Notes: generated by a model from the sequence alone, not told the origin. DNA of 63,941 bases, filler included, from Reclinomonas americana ATCC 50394 (GCA_048213135.1; 15 parts of 15 records of this genome joined end to end with filler, not necessarily neighbours in it); one strand, 5' to 3'; shown: positions 11,935 through 24,600, numbered from the whole stretch's first letter. Made by a program: numbers and translations.

Positions 11935-12914
11935 TCTCCGTGCGTGCGTGTGTGTGAGTGAGTTGCTCGCTCGGGATTGTCACTGGTTCCCGCCTTTCTT
12001 CTCTCGCCTTGCTCTGAGGCGTCGTCCATCCGTCGTCAGGCTGCAGCCAGCACCCCACACAGCATGCGGTAGTGAGTGAACGATGTGGCTTCTTTGATGC
12101 GTGCGGGCTTTCGAAGACCGATACGGGACTCGTTGTTGCGAAATCGGCAAAATGGACATGCTGGCGACACAAAGTGGCGCTCCACTGCATCGCGCTGCTG
12201 TCCAGCGACATTTCATTGCGACTGGCCTGCATTATCTCTCAACGAGGACTGGCATGTCGTGATGTGCAGTTGCGGCCCTGTTGTGCTAATGCCATAGCAT
12301 TCCCGAGAATCCAATGAGCAGCGAGTCAGCGACACCTCACACATAGGATCGGCCCACAGCGATGCTGACGAGGGCACGATGATGGTACGACGAAGAAGGA
12401 GAGTCACAGGGAATAGGAGAGGAACGACCATAACAGCAGCACAGCAATGGAAGTGGCAGCTGTGTCGTGAGACTCGCCTCCTCCCACCCAAATCACAATC
12501 AATGCTTCGTCCTTCAATCACACTCACATTCGGTCGGTGCATTGTCTCATGCATGCACTGTGTGGCACGGAACCACGTGTCTTCGCATGCCAGTCACTTG
12601 CCAGCACGCCTGTCACACAAAACTGAGTTAGTCAATCTTCAAGTCCCGCCAACTTACTCCTCAACGCAGATGCAGAACACGTACGCACCAGGCCACGCGC
12701 GCGTCTGCAGTCTCCCATGGCCACCACCATCATTACTTGGCGGCGACAGCAGCAACCAAGAAGCGCACATCATCGATCCGCTCCGACTTGCCAGCCGGAT
12801 TGAAAACGATCTACCGACCAGGCCACCCATCGGGAAACACGACACGCATGTGTCCACCCATGAGTACATTGCCGAGCACGCGTCTGCAGTCTTCCATGGC
12901 CACCAGCATCATCA

Positions 12915-13014
12915 NNNNNNNNNNNNNNNNNNNNNNNNNNNNNNNNNNNNNNNNNNNNTTAATTAATTAANNNNNNNNNNNNNNNNNNNNNNNNNNNNNN
13001 NNNNNNNNNNNNNN
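12915..13014. other. Artificial gap linker, first of 14 (others start at 17008, 22086, 29336, 31628, 33133, 35489, 38071, 40296, 47567, 52895, 56683, 58420, 60844)
   Basis: 44 N + TTAATTAATTAA (stop codons in all six frames) + 44 N, identical each time. Confidence 0.98.
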
Positions 13015-13749
13015 GACATCCTCCGCCACACACTCCTGCCTTTCCTCGGCATGGACATTGGCAAGCGCGGTCTCTGGCGTGTCTCCACCTCTTTCTGTCG
13101 CCTGTGGGAGTCAAGCTCGATTCCCTCACCTGTCGCGTGCGCCGATTGTGGCCAGCAAGCGGGCAAATCGCTGGGCGACTTGGTGGAGGGCGCATCGACT
13201 GGTTGCCCCGGTCACTCGCGATCACCTGACGGAACCGGAGGACACCCGTGCTGCAACCTGCGCGTGTGTCGCCAGTGCAGAGAGCAGCGTCCGCAGAGCG
13301 ACGGTGAACTTGCTGGTCGTCTGCTGGCCAGCGGGGACCTGAAGGAGTGCTCTCAGTGTCATGAGCGTCGCTGCTGCGCCAAGCATTGCGAGGTGAGCTG
13401 GACCGAGTGCGCCGGCTGTGAGGAGTGGCGCTGCGACGACATGTGCACGGAGGGGATGGCGGAGTGTCAAGTGTGCGGCAATCGATACTGTGATGAGGAC
13501 TGCGCGCGAGGCAGCATCGTTGGTCAGTGCCACAGGTGCGGGCGATTCGCGTGCGAGGATTGCTGCACAGAACTGAAGCGCTGGAAGCTGGAGTGTGCGA
13601 TATGCGGGGGGTGGAGCCGGCGCCGGTCCGCGTACGACGATGAGGAGGATGGGGAAGAGGATGAGGAAGAGGATGAGGAAGAGGAAGAGGATGAGGAAGA
13701 GGAAGAGGATGAGGAAGAGGAAGAGGAAGAAGAGGAGGATGAGTACTGA
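13015..13749 (+). CDS. Intronless F-box-like protein with many CxxC motifs and a poly-acidic tail (5' end lost in gap)
   Basis: Reads DILRHTLLPFLGMDIGKRGLWRVSTSFCRLW, followed by more than 10 CxxC pairs and a D/E tail. Clear paralog of 15921-16571. Confidence 0.75.
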   Translation, partial: DILRHTLLPFLGMDIGKRGLWRVSTSFCRLWESSSIPSPVACADCGQQAGKSLGDLVEGASTGCPGHSRSPDGTGGHPCCNLRVCRQCREQRPQSDGELAGRLLASGDLKECSQCHERRCCAKHCEVSWTECAGCEEWRCDDMCTEGMAECQVCGNRYCDEDCARGSIVGQCHRCGRFACEDCCTELKRWKLECAICGGWSRRRSAYDDEEDGEEDEEEDEEEEEDEEEEEDEEEEEEEEEDEY

Positions 13750-13896
13750 GGTCTGGCCAGCGTAAACATAGTGGCCATTGTGTGTTGCGTGTTGTGAGCA
13801 GCGCAGCGTTGTTGCTTGTGTGAAGGAAGGGAGTACAATCAATCCACCCAATCGAGAAAACAACCAATCGGCATTTAATTGAGCGCACAGCACACC

Positions 13897-15688
13897 ATGT
13901 CACGCGGTGCACTGTTGCTTGCGCTGGTGGCACTCTTCCTGTGTGCTGTCACGTGTGTCCCTGATGCCGGTACGTGAGATGTGGGGAGCTCGAGAGTGTG
14001 TGCCACTCACTTGATGATTTTTGTTGTTGCTGTCTTTCGCAGCTGACGCACACGAGTCGAAGACATCGCTTGAGAACATGCGCATGTTCTTTGTACACCG
14101 CACCATTGCCACACGTTGCGCAGCGTACACTCTGTCTGCGAACATGCTGGTTGCGGGTGCTGATGCTCATCGTGTGATGCACCGCTTTCGCGCCATTTTT
14201 GTGTGAATGCAGTATATCACGGCATGGACCACTTTGATGCACCGGTGCGCTACAGGGCATGCTCCTCTCTCTTGCGAGTATTGACCATTATCAATCCTCA
14301 CGAATTCGTGTTGACTCCTGGCAGTACCTCATGTCACTTGTTGAGGACTTGTTCGACCCGGAAGAGGGCGCTTTCCTCGCCGACTTTGGCGCCCACCTCG
14401 GCACCGCATGCAACGACGGGAAGTGCACCGGGGCCACGATGCTGGAGAAGTTTGCGGGTGAGTGATCACTCCCTTTGATGCAAGTAACATTTCGAATTCC
14501 TCACACACGTTTCCTTTTTCCTCGTCGTCGTTGGAGCAGGTCTCAAAGAGTTGCGATTCTCTGCTGCGTATGGCTCCGTCTGTGTCGCTCTGCTTGTTCA
14601 CACACACCGCACTTGTACAACAGCGGCGCGTTCACTCGTCGGGTGCCAGTTTTGTTCGTGGAACCCAACCCTCTCAACTTCGAGCAACTCCTGGAGACTG
14701 CTCAGTCACGACGGTGGTTCGATGCCGGTGCTGAGCTCGTGAACGCTGCTGTGTCAAACTTCACTGGCGAATCGGTGTTCTACACGTCTGGTGAGTGTCG
14801 CCACACAATATTGATTAGCGGCTGCCCTGCATTTCATTGTTCTCCATCAGGGGTCGTCGGCGATTATCTCGGTTCTGTGGGTGCGCGAACGGTGGCATCT
14901 GGTGAGACGGTGGTGCCGGTAACCGTCTACAAGATTGACGACCTCCTGCGCAAGGTCAACCTCTTCCATCGCCCGTGCTTCCTCATGAAGCTGGACTGCG
15001 AGGGAAGCGATCCGCTGGTTCGGCGATCTGTGTTTGTTTCCCTGCGTGCGGGCGTGCGTGGTGTGCTTCTGACGTCCCACTGGCAGGCACTGGAAGGAGC
15101 CAGCGAGTTCCTGCAACAGCGAACGACACGCTTTGTGATTTTCGAGTATGGCAACTTGTGGAGCGACCTGTCGACACACACACTGCAGTCGGTCGCGGCG
15201 ACCTTTTACGAGAAGTACGGCATGAAGTTGCGTGCCGTGAGCGGGTGGAAGGAAGGGACCGCAGTTCCAGCGGTGCACTCACTCCCTGCTGCAGGTGCTT
15301 CTTGATGCATCGCTTGTTGGTGCCGCTCTATGGACCGTGGTGGGCTCCGCAACTGTACCTGGATCCAGCGATCATGTGCGTATTCTGCGTCACTCGCATG
15401 CCGCCACCGCACACTTTGACCTCATATCCATGTTCTGCATCGTGTCGCCACACACATACAGGCAGTGGAGGTGAGCGACACGGGAAAAATGCATATGTGT
15501 GCTTGCCAAATATTGGAGACAACTCAACTCATCTCCCCTCCTGTTGCAGCAACGTAATGTGCATGCGTGCAGATGACAGCCACTTCTATGATGTTGTGCG
15601 GCGCTGGACCCCTGATCTGTATTCGTCCACGGTGGAGCGCTTCATCGAGCTGGACCGCGAGCTCGACGATTCTGCACACAAGATCTAA
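13897..15688 (+). CDS. FkbM-family (Methyltransf_21) SAM-dependent methyltransferase with an N-terminal signal or anchor, multi-exon
   Basis: MSRGALLLALVALFLCAV; motifs ADFGAHLG, FVEPNP, NAAVS, KIDD, LMKLDCEG, LEGA and FEY. Confidence 0.8.
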
Positions 15689-15920
15689 GGCGCCAGTTCT
15701 GCATAGATAGAATCGGCTGCAACCGCTCTACTGTATGGCCGCGACATATGCAGCAGAACGCACATGGGCGTCGACAAGAGCAGTGAACGAAGCGACATGT
15801 CGACATGTCGACATCGATGTCGACCGTCGACGTCTACTCACTCAATTTTCCCTTCTCCTGCGCGCGCACACACACTGCTCTCACCCCACCTCCCCTCTCT
15901 CCCTCCCTCCCTCTGTCATC

Positions 15921-16571
15921 ATGGACCACGACTCTGCGCCCGCCCCTCATGCTGTCGACATGCTCTCGCGCTTGCCTCCCGACGTCCTCCAACACACACT
16001 GCTGCCATTCCTCGGCGTGGAAGTAGGCACGAAGGGTCTCTGGCGCGTCTCCACTTCCTTTTGCCGCCTGTGGGAGTCGAGCTCGATTCCTGCGCCCATT
16101 GCGTGCGCCGATTGTCGCCAGCAAGCTGGCAAGACGCTGAGCGACATGGTCGAAGGTGAGGCGGCCGGCTGCCCTGGTCACGGGGCATCGGCAAGAGTCA
16201 TGAGAAGGCGTCCGTGCTGCAACGTGCGCATCTGTCGCCAGTGCGTGGAGCGGCGCTCGCTGGATGGAGACGACGAGTCCATGGAGGATGATCTGGTGGC
16301 CAGCGGAGAGCTGACGGCGTGTGCTTGTTGCCAAGAGCACCGCTGCACCAAGTATGCCACGTCGCGCTGGCTGCAGTGCGATTCATGCAACATCCGGTTC
16401 TGCGAGGAGTGTTCGAGGGAGTTGTCGGAGTGCGAAGTGTGTGGTATGCGCTACTGCGACGAGAACTGTCACCACCACATGGCTGGCGAGTGCAACTCCT
16501 GCGGGCAAATTGTGTGCAGGGACTGCGCCTCAGGAGTGCGAGGAAGGCTGACGTGTTCCATGTGCGATTAA
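15921..16571 (+). CDS. Intronless F-box-like, CxxC-rich protein
   Basis: MDHDS...MLSRLPPDVLQHTLLPFLG...LWRVSTSF (F-box pattern LP..V...IL.FL...L..VS+.F), followed by repeated CxxC motifs. Confidence 0.75.
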   Translation: MDHDSAPAPHAVDMLSRLPPDVLQHTLLPFLGVEVGTKGLWRVSTSFCRLWESSSIPAPIACADCRQQAGKTLSDMVEGEAAGCPGHGASARVMRRRPCCNVRICRQCVERRSLDGDDESMEDDLVASGELTACACCQEHRCTKYATSRWLQCDSCNIRFCEECSRELSECEVCGMRYCDENCHHHMAGECNSCGQIVCRDCASGVRGRLTCSMCD

Positions 16572-16741
16572 TGGCGAGCAGCAACCAGGCATATGCAATC
16601 TCGTCTCCTCGTTAGTGTGGGGAGGAATGTGGAAAAGTGTACTCACGTGTCGTCAATAACGTTCTACGCTCGCTGCGACTCGCGATGCTTTCCACCGCAG
16701 AGAAAAACGCCAAACAAATCCACAGCTGTACACTTCCGATC

Positions 16742-17007
16742 TCATGTCGAAGGGAACGACCTGAGTATGGTCTCCTCCGTCACCCTGCCGGCCTTGAACG
16801 ACATCTCCACCGTGTTCATCAGCAGGTGTTCCATCAGCATCAGGAACTCCTCGTACTGCACACACACTCGGGTAAGAAGAAGAAGAAGAAACAAGAAAAT
16901 GAACACAAACACAGCATTGACAACGCAACGTCCACACGCGTGTCGCGATCCTTGTCCACCGCTGCCAGAGTACACGCAAAAAAGCGATCAGACACGATGC
17001 ATATGTG
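16742..17007 (-). CDS. 3' end of an EF-hand protein
   Basis: Splicing GAC|GTTGCG...GTGCAG|TAC yields VDKDRDTRVDYEEFLMLM, an EF-hand loop. Stop at 16742. Confidence 0.55.
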
Positions 17008-17107
17008 NNNNNNNNNNNNNNNNNNNNNNNNNNNNNNNNNNNNNNNNNNNNTTAATTAATTAANNNNNNNNNNNNNNNNNNNNNNNNNNNNNNNNNNNNN
17101 NNNNNNN

Positions 17108-17511
17108 GACATCGATATCGCGCACCTCGACGAATCCCGAGTGATCTCTGTCGGCTGCCTGAAACGCCTGCGTCGACATGGTCAAGAAGTTCCGACTCTT
17201 CTTCACGAACCTGCGAAGACCCATCGTGAGGAAGGTGGAGGGGTGTTAACAGTCCACTGTCACGCACAACGGAACGCAACTGCTGCAACTGTGTCTGAAT
17301 GCGCGGCCACGCACTCGTGTCCACATCCGCTCGCGCTCGAGTAGCCTGTGTGCGCGCGCGCGACACAATGAAGACAACACGTGAGGTCACACATTGACGT
17401 CGCACGACGACAACTTCCGCGTCTCTGCGCAACATCGTTCAACCGCGAGGCGACCGAGGAGACGTGCTCGGGCGACTTGGCCACTGGTGGACGCGATGTT
17501 CCGCAGCCCAT
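17108..17511 (-). CDS. 5' part of a protein with a myristoylation/palmitoylation N-terminus; may be the same gene as the EF-hand fragment across the gap
   Basis: Starts MGCGTS (MGCxxS dual-acylation motif). Same strand as, and adjacent to, the EF-hand fragment. Confidence 0.5.
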
Positions 17512-17568
17512 CTTATCTCTGTCACCAACACTGAATGACGCAAAACACTAGCAGGACACACGACTTTA

Positions 17569-18510
17569 ATGCGACGAGGGAGCGCGCTGTCGACCCTCCT
17601 TGTGATTCTCGCACTGTCGTTGCTGGTGGGCGGTGAGGAGGATGACTTTTGTCCGGCGGCCACGTCATGCGAGGAGTGCATGGAGGCCGGTGCAGGGTGT
17701 CAATGTTGCGAAACGTGCTTTTTGACAGCTTGCAATACACACGGCACTCATTGTTGGTGGTCGCAGGGTGTGATTCCAGCAGCAAGTGTGCACAAACCTG
17801 CGCGTGCGGAGCCATGAAGTGCGTGACGGAGGCGTGTCCAGCTCTCTGTTGCGTTGCACGTGATGATGTGTGACTGGGAAGTTTTTCCGTTGTGCTTACA
17901 TACTTGCGTGGAGCAGGGATTACGAGTGCAGTGAGTGTGTGACTTGGGTATTTTGTTGCTGTTGTTGCAAGAGAGGTCTCTCTCATGGCGCTGTGTCTTG
18001 TGCTAGGTCGGCATCAGCGTGCTGGTCATGTCGTCCGCTGTGCTTGTCTCCATCATTGTTGTTATCAGTGTGCTCGTTGTGAGAAGGAAGCGACGACGAC
18101 AGGCCTCTCGTGCTCTCCTGCTAAACACTGATCCAGGCGGTTTCGTCGCGCACCACGCGTTCTCCCCCTCCCTGCTTGTGTCTCATCTCTCTCTCGATGC
18201 AGAGCGCAATCTGCCGGGTCGTGCCTTTTCGCCGACAGCAGCGCAGGGCAGCACGTGGCACATCCCCTCGTCTCCCCCCATTCTGACATCGACCAACACG
18301 TCGGCGGTGGCGCTCGGTGGCCGAGCGCGGTCCATTTCCAGTTCCGGTGGAAACTCGTACCAGACGGCGACTCTGCCGCAGTTCACAGATTCACCACCGC
18401 TTCTGTTGCGTCTATCGACACGCTCCCGCATGCCTATACATGTCTCACGCTTCCCTCGTTTGTGCGCAAACAGAGGCAATCGCCTTCCCTCGTATCCAAA
18501 ACGGAAGTGA
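17569..18510 (+). CDS. Type-I membrane protein with a Cys-rich (PSI-like) ectodomain
   Basis: Signal peptide MRRGSALSTLLVILALSLLVGG, CPAATSCEECM, and TM segment VLVMSSAVLVSIIVVISVLVV followed by RRKRRR. Exon boundaries and 3' end are uncertain. Confidence 0.55.
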
Positions 18511-18543
18511 AACCAATGTCGCGTTCAGTCGTTCTATTGTTAT

Positions 18544-21500
18544 TCACCAGTACGCAGAGGAGCCTAGCGCGTCGGCCCACGAGGCTACATGCGTCGGTAA
18601 TGTCGCACGCAGTCGCAAGCACATTCTACACGGTGCACGAGTCAGGCACGTCAAAATCGGCAAGTAGAAATAGTTGGTGTACCTTCGCAGTTCGTCGCAT
18701 CGCAGATCGAATGCAAAGGTGCGGTCGGCGGTGCTGACCTGGTGCACCAAGCCAACGTCGGCGTGCAGTCGCTGGAAGCACCGCCGCAGCACGGTGGGTG
18801 TGTACGGTCGCCCGCCCTCCGTTGCAATCACGTCCCTCAGTTCAGTATTCGTGCCACGCTGTTGACAGAGGAGTCAGCAACAACTTGTGCACATGGAGGG
18901 CTGAGAGGACGTACTCCTCTCACTCTCCCTGGCCCCCACCACTCACCTTCTTGCCAGTGGCCAGCTCCATGTAGTCAGTGTACACATCCTCGAAAGCAAA
19001 CGCTGCCTTTTCGCGCTCGTGCAGTCGACACATGCAGATGCAGAGAATGATCTCGGCCACCGACAGCGCTGCGAGTGCACGGCGCTGAGCGACTCACGTG
19101 CACGCACATGCAAGAATGACACACTTGAGGATTACCTTCCACAATCCGCTCCACTCCCGGTTTCCGACTATCTCGAACACACGCGAGGAACCAGTCGGCG
19201 GTCCATGCCGACGCTGCTTCCACTCGTTGCAGTAGCGCCAACTGCACGGAGGAAGAGATGAGCAAGTGGTGCACTCATTTTTCGTATCCGGTACATCGCC
19301 ACGCAACAGCCAGTCGCTGAATCTCGGCCGCCACACATCCCTCGGCAATCCACGTCTCCAGTGCATCCACGACTGCCGGCTCCTCCAGACACCGAGAGAT
19401 GCCTCGGGAGGCCGCCTTTAGCAGCGCTTGCTGCGCGCCGTCGCTGCCGACCACATTCGCAGGCGCAAAGTAGTGCTGTCACAAGGGGAAGCGAGTGAGA
19501 GACAAAATCAGCAGGTTGGGCGCATCCACATAGACTCACACACACCCGCAGGAGCATCATGGGGGCTCCGGCCGACTGGAACTCAGTGAAAAAGATCTGC
19601 CGATGAGAGAAGCGACTCTTGACGCGCTTCTCCAACAGGTCCATGGCATTCTGTTGCGTCAGTCATGGTCAGTTCTGCAGAACTCACTCTGTCACCACTT
19701 CGCTTGATACGCAACTGGCCGCAAGGCGAGACCCGCGACAAAGATACACGCCTGCATTTCGTGCACCACATCGAGAAGCGCATACAGCGTCTTGCCGCAG
19801 GTGGTGGCGATCAACTCAAAGTGCTCCAGACTGATCACAATCGGGCGGTCGCACTCAATCACCATGTCCGTCATCAGCGTCAACTAGCGAATCACACAAC
19901 GTTGCGTTAACAGGCGTTTCTGATTCTCTCCCTCTCGTGCCAAAAAACGGACACGCACCATGGCTTGCTCCGACAGTGTGGCTGCATCGTCCAGTGTCGA
20001 ACGTGACGAAAACACCACATCGCTAATCGTCTGCCGCTTGCCCTTGTCGATGAATGACGGTGGTGGTGGTTTGCCAGAGCTGCCCGCTGCAGCCGACGAC
20101 GCCGGCGCTTGCCCCTCCGACGCCAGTTGTTCCTCTGCAGGGGAACAATGAGTACGGGGGTGAAGGCAAGGGAGGAGACAGCGACGGTGTGGCCGTGAAG
20201 GTGGTGGCGGAAAAAAAGGGGGGAAGGGGAAAGGGGAGATCCTCAAAGGGACGGGAGGAGAAGCGCTCTTCTCTGAAACATTAAGAGTCCTGTTGAGGGA
20301 AAAATGAATGCCGCACGCACCAATGTCTTGGGCAAACTTGCAAAAGGGCGCAATGCCGTTGCACACGGCGCGGGCCAGCGATCGATTGTCGGCGTGCGTG
20401 AGACCATTGATGCGAACCCACACAAACGCGTCGCTCTTGACCTCGGCTTCCTCTTGCACCTTGCGGAGACAATACTCCAACACCGACGACTGCATCGTGC
20501 GAGAGGCGATAAAGTGGGCGAATACTCACATGCACACTCACAAGTCAGCGATGTACTCCACACCTTGGATGTTCCGTGCCCGCCGGTGAGCAGCACCGAC
20601 GCATTCTCCTTGTTGGTGATCGAGTGTCGCAGCATCTCCAACAACGCGCTGCGTGTGCACAGCGCAAAAATGAGTGGAAACCAACACATGCTCCACACAG
20701 CAGCTTCCCGTACCCAGCCTGGTAGTCCACACCGGCGAGGCATGTCGGATGTGGATCGAGAATACGCCGACGAAGGAATGACAGCGCATGATCCACCACA
20801 GTTGCACCCTCGTCACCCTGCGACGAGGAGAAGTAACGAGTGAGCTCTCCCCCTGATGGACTTCCCGAGTCAGTCACCACAACCAACCGCGCGTCTTCGC
20901 TTTTGCGGTGGTTCCGGTACGCCGTCGCCTGCTGCTGCTGCTGTTGCTGCTGCTGCTGTTGTGGTGGTGGTGGTGGTCGTCGTCGTCGTGGTTGCCGCCA
21001 ATTCCGATTCTGCAGCGGCACGCCCTCGTTTCCTCCGTGGCACAGCTGCTGCTGCAGCTGCAGGTCCAGCATCTGAAGCCTGCGAATCAGGCACCAGTGC
21101 GACTGTGATGATATCGTGCGGGTCAGTGTCCAGCAAACGACAGGCGATCGTGCTGGTCGCATGCGCAACGAGTGTACTTGTCGTACAAGTCCTCTGCTTC
21201 TTCGCGACTGACGATGGCCACCTCGGCCTGCCGGAAACCCACCGATCCTGGACGCGATGCGGCGATCAATCAATCATTCGATGCACTCTCACACGCACAC
21301 TCACGCACCAGGAAACGACTCGCGCAGAAACGCCAACACACGCTTCACCTCGTCGACATCGACACGGGCAGCGGTCGCGCACGCCTGCACACAGTGAGGA
21401 TTCCTGCATTCACGTACCACGCACAGCGCAACACTGACCTCCAGAAACTCATTGCCATACTGCTCTGGTCGGCGTTTGAACACCAGCGACGTGCTGTGGG

Positions 21501-21549
21501 CCTTGAGCTCGTGCAGGATGGCCTTGACCAGTGCGCACCACGCCTCCAT
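18544..21549 (-). CDS. ORC4: Origin recognition complex subunit 4; the 5' exons (21549-21140) are uncertain and may be a separate small gene
   Basis: ENASVLLTGGHGTSK, VRINGLTHAD, TLYALLD, DLLEKRVKSRFSHRQI, winged-helix LSVAEIILCICM...FAFEDVYTDY, and C-terminal LPTHVASWA. Confidence 0.85.
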
Positions 21550-21595
21550 TTGTTACGACGACAAGGACGAGGACAGACAACTATCCACATTCACT

Positions 21596-22085
21596 TCACT
21601 CCTCATCATCGCCTCCCGTCATCTCAAAGTCACTCGGCTGCGCCGCCTCGGCGTCGTCGTCCATCACCACCGGAGCGCCACTTCGTGTCACTGTCGGAGG
21701 CGGTGGGCTGTCGGCCGCTCCTGCTGCTGCGACGGTGGCGGCGACGGCGGCCGCCGCCGCACCAGAAGGCACACTCGGCGTGTCAGACGACACCTCCAGG
21801 TCATCGTCGTCGAACTCGTACTCCATGGCCACGGCATCGGCGGCCGACGCCGACGCTCCGCCACTGCTGTAGGTAATGTCGACCGGCATGGCCTTGCCGT
21901 CCTTCTCGCGCTCCTTGAAGTACGACAGACTCTGCGCAAAGTACTGGTTCGGGTGATTGATGGGCTGCGTCTCCTCCCACGCACGTGGGTGCGTCAACTG
22001 GAAGAACTTTTTGCACGCCAGCTGCAGACAAGGAAAACACACACGAGTCAGCTCCCAACCAGCCACTGCGCGCAGCGTCACTCCT
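21596..22085 (-). CDS. PRIM2: DNA primase large subunit, last exon
   Basis: LACKKFFQLTHP...INHPNQYFAQS matches the C-terminal motif of PRI2/PRIM2; acidic tail follows. Confidence 0.8.
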
Positions 22086-22185
22086 NNNNNNNNNNNNNNN
22101 NNNNNNNNNNNNNNNNNNNNNNNNNNNNNTTAATTAATTAANNNNNNNNNNNNNNNNNNNNNNNNNNNNNNNNNNNNNNNNNNNN

Positions 22186-22904
22186 ATCAGCATCGTCGTC
22201 GCCACCACCGCCCGCGGAGAAACGCAGTAAGCAGGCGACAGAAGAAGAGGAAATGCTGGAGGATGGAGTCGAGGAGGACATGTCACACCCTGTTGTCGAC
22301 GACGACGATGAGGAGGAGGATGATGACATGCTGGGGTTGCCGAAGCAGTGGGTGGACCCCACCCAGTGTTGCGTTCTGGGGCATGACCTTCTCTCTCTCT
22401 CTCTCTCTGTTGCTGACTGGAGTGTGCAACATTAGATCGACTGGTGAAGCGAGCTCCGTTGCGCGGGCCTGCGCGTCGCGGCACCATGTACATTCGCCAT
22501 CGCAGTAGCGTGCATGCGCTGTACAATCGAGTGTGTCGGCTGTTTGTGGACCACGGGTGTGTTTGTTTTGGTCGGAGAAACTTGTGTGTGTCGCTCATTG
22601 TGTGCTTGCCATAAGGCTCAAGTCGGTGCATGTGCACGCGCTGGGCGCGGCGGTGAACAAGGCTGTGGATGTGGCGTTGATGGTGCGCGATCGTGCGCAG
22701 GTGGGCAAGGTGGAGCTGCGGCCGCGCACCACGACCGAGGTGGTGATTGATGATTTCGAGCCACTTGTCGATGTTGCGTTTCTCCTCTCGTCTCCTCACC
22801 TCTTCTATTGTGCTGCTGACCCTCCGCTGCACGCACAGGGCTTGCCACCGCTGTCGCAGCGCCGATACACCACCGGCATGCACATTGAGATCGCGCGTGT
22901 GTGA
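22186..22904 (+). CDS. POP7: RNase P/MRP subunit POP7 (Rpp20), Alba fold
   Basis: RLVKRAPLR...MYIRHRS, VHVHALGAAVNKAVDVAL, TTTEVVIDDFEP and RYTTGMHIEI. Confidence 0.75.
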
Positions 22905-23294
22905 TCGGATAAGGAGAGAGACAACGGGCTGGCCGAGGTGACGACGACGACGAATCAGGTTCACTCGGTCGCGATTGAGACGACGAGCGCTCTCAACACC
23001 AACACACACACATATACGCACGTACGCACGCACGCGCAGCGTGTCGCACGCAGACGACACGCCCACCACAGAAAAAATACGAGTGTCGCGACAGCGGCCC
23101 GACGAGGCCGCAAGTAAAAAAAAGAAAAACACAAGAAGAAGAGCGAAAGAAATGCATATATTTGCCGAGAACGAGACGGTTTGTCGGGTCTCGAGCAACC
23201 GATATGTAGAGCGCGAGAGAAAGAGGGAGGAAGGGGAGAAGGGGACAGATACAGCACACACACACACACATACAAGGGGCAAGCGACATCTGAA

Positions 23295-24600
23295 TTACTC
23301 AGACGGTGCGGCGAACACGTAGGGAGCCGAGGCGGCGTACACGTCCCTCAGCGACTTGGGTGGGCGACCGAGAATGGTCTGCACGTCGTTGTTGGGGCGC
23401 GGGCCCTTGTTGTTCTTGAACAGGTCCAGCAGCTCCACCATGCCGCGTGCCTGCCACTCCGGCATGCCCATGCCCTTGAAGCTCTCCACCACGGCATTCG
23501 GGTCCTCCACCGACTCGTAGGTGATCTGCGAGTTGGCCAGCTCCGACAGCGTCGACGCAATCTCCGCGCCCGTCAGTGCATCACTCGACGTCAGCGTGTA
23601 CGTCTTGTTGGCAAACTTGCTGCGGTCGGCCTCGGTGGCCACCTTCCAGATGCACGCACCCACATCCTCCAGCGAGGTGCCGGTGATGGAGCCCTGGCCG
23701 AGGAACATGTACAGCTTCTTGGAGGCCTTGATTCCCTCCGCAAAGCCGTAGTAGTTCTCGAGGAAGAAGTCTGTGCACAGTGTGAGGAGCGGCGACACAT
23801 AATAGGAAAGTGAGAAGGGGAGGAAAAAGTTACCGAGACGGAAGATGCTGTAGGGCACATGGCAGGCCTTGACGGCATTCTCGGCCTTGGCGAACTGGCG
23901 CTGGAAGAGGATGCTGCCGTCCTCGAGAGCGCCGGGGACGGAGATGAGGATAATGTGCTTGCACGCCGACGAGCGACCCGCTGCCGCCGCAAAGCGCTCC
24001 GCAATGTCACCGCGGTCCTCGGCACCCTACATCGCGAGAGTACGAAGATGAGTATGTAATATATATGTGAAGAGAAGCAATTTCCTTGTTGCTCACTCAC
24101 CGGGGGGATAATGACCAAGACCTGCGCGCCCGCAATGGCGGCATCGATGGAGGCAGGGACGCGGTCGTCGACTTGCACGACATTGGCACGCGGAAGCGCG
24201 TCAGTGATCTTGTCGGCGCTCTTGCTCACATCACGAGTCGACACGGTCACGTCGACGCTGTAGTCCTCCGCAAAGGCCTGCAGTGCGGCCTTGCCGACGT
24301 AGCCACTGCCGGAGGTGATGAACACTGTTGACGGGGAGTGAGTGGGAGAGAGAGGGCCCGACGGAAAATGTCCATGTGCGCGGAGAAGACACAAACACAA
24401 ACAAACAAAGCAAGCTGCGTTGCACATTGCGCGGTTACCTTTGGTGGGGAGAGGAGCAGAGTTGTAGGCGCCTGCAGTGGTGACGAGCAGCGAGAACAAA
24501 AGGTAAGTAATGCATGACGGGGCGGAGTAGTTTTTTCAAGTGTTTGTTTGTTCTGCGTGCGTTTGTGTCAAGAGCAACTAACGCGTGCGTACTAACCCAT
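23295..24600 (-). CDS. NmrA-like NAD(P)-binding Rossmann-fold protein with a predicted myristoylation site
   Basis: A 4-nt first coding exon (ATGG, 24600-24597) splices to give MGAYNSAPLPTKVFITSGSGYVGK. Later motifs: FFLENY, DVG, YTLT...LTGAEIA, ILGRPP. Confidence 0.8.

Larger units (their letters stand above)
990..12914. repeat. Tandem array of about 3.3-3.8 kb units (WD40 gene plus conserved spacer), cut by a gap on the right
   Basis: The landmark GGATTGTCA recurs at about 1457, 4799, 8618 and 11974 (periods about 3.34, 3.82 and 3.36 kb). The spacers are alignable by eye along their length. Confidence 0.95.

Noticed and set aside
990..12914. Diversity-generating retroelement behind the WD40 variation
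   Set aside because: No reverse transcriptase is present in the window and I see no template/variable repeat pair with adenine-specific differences.
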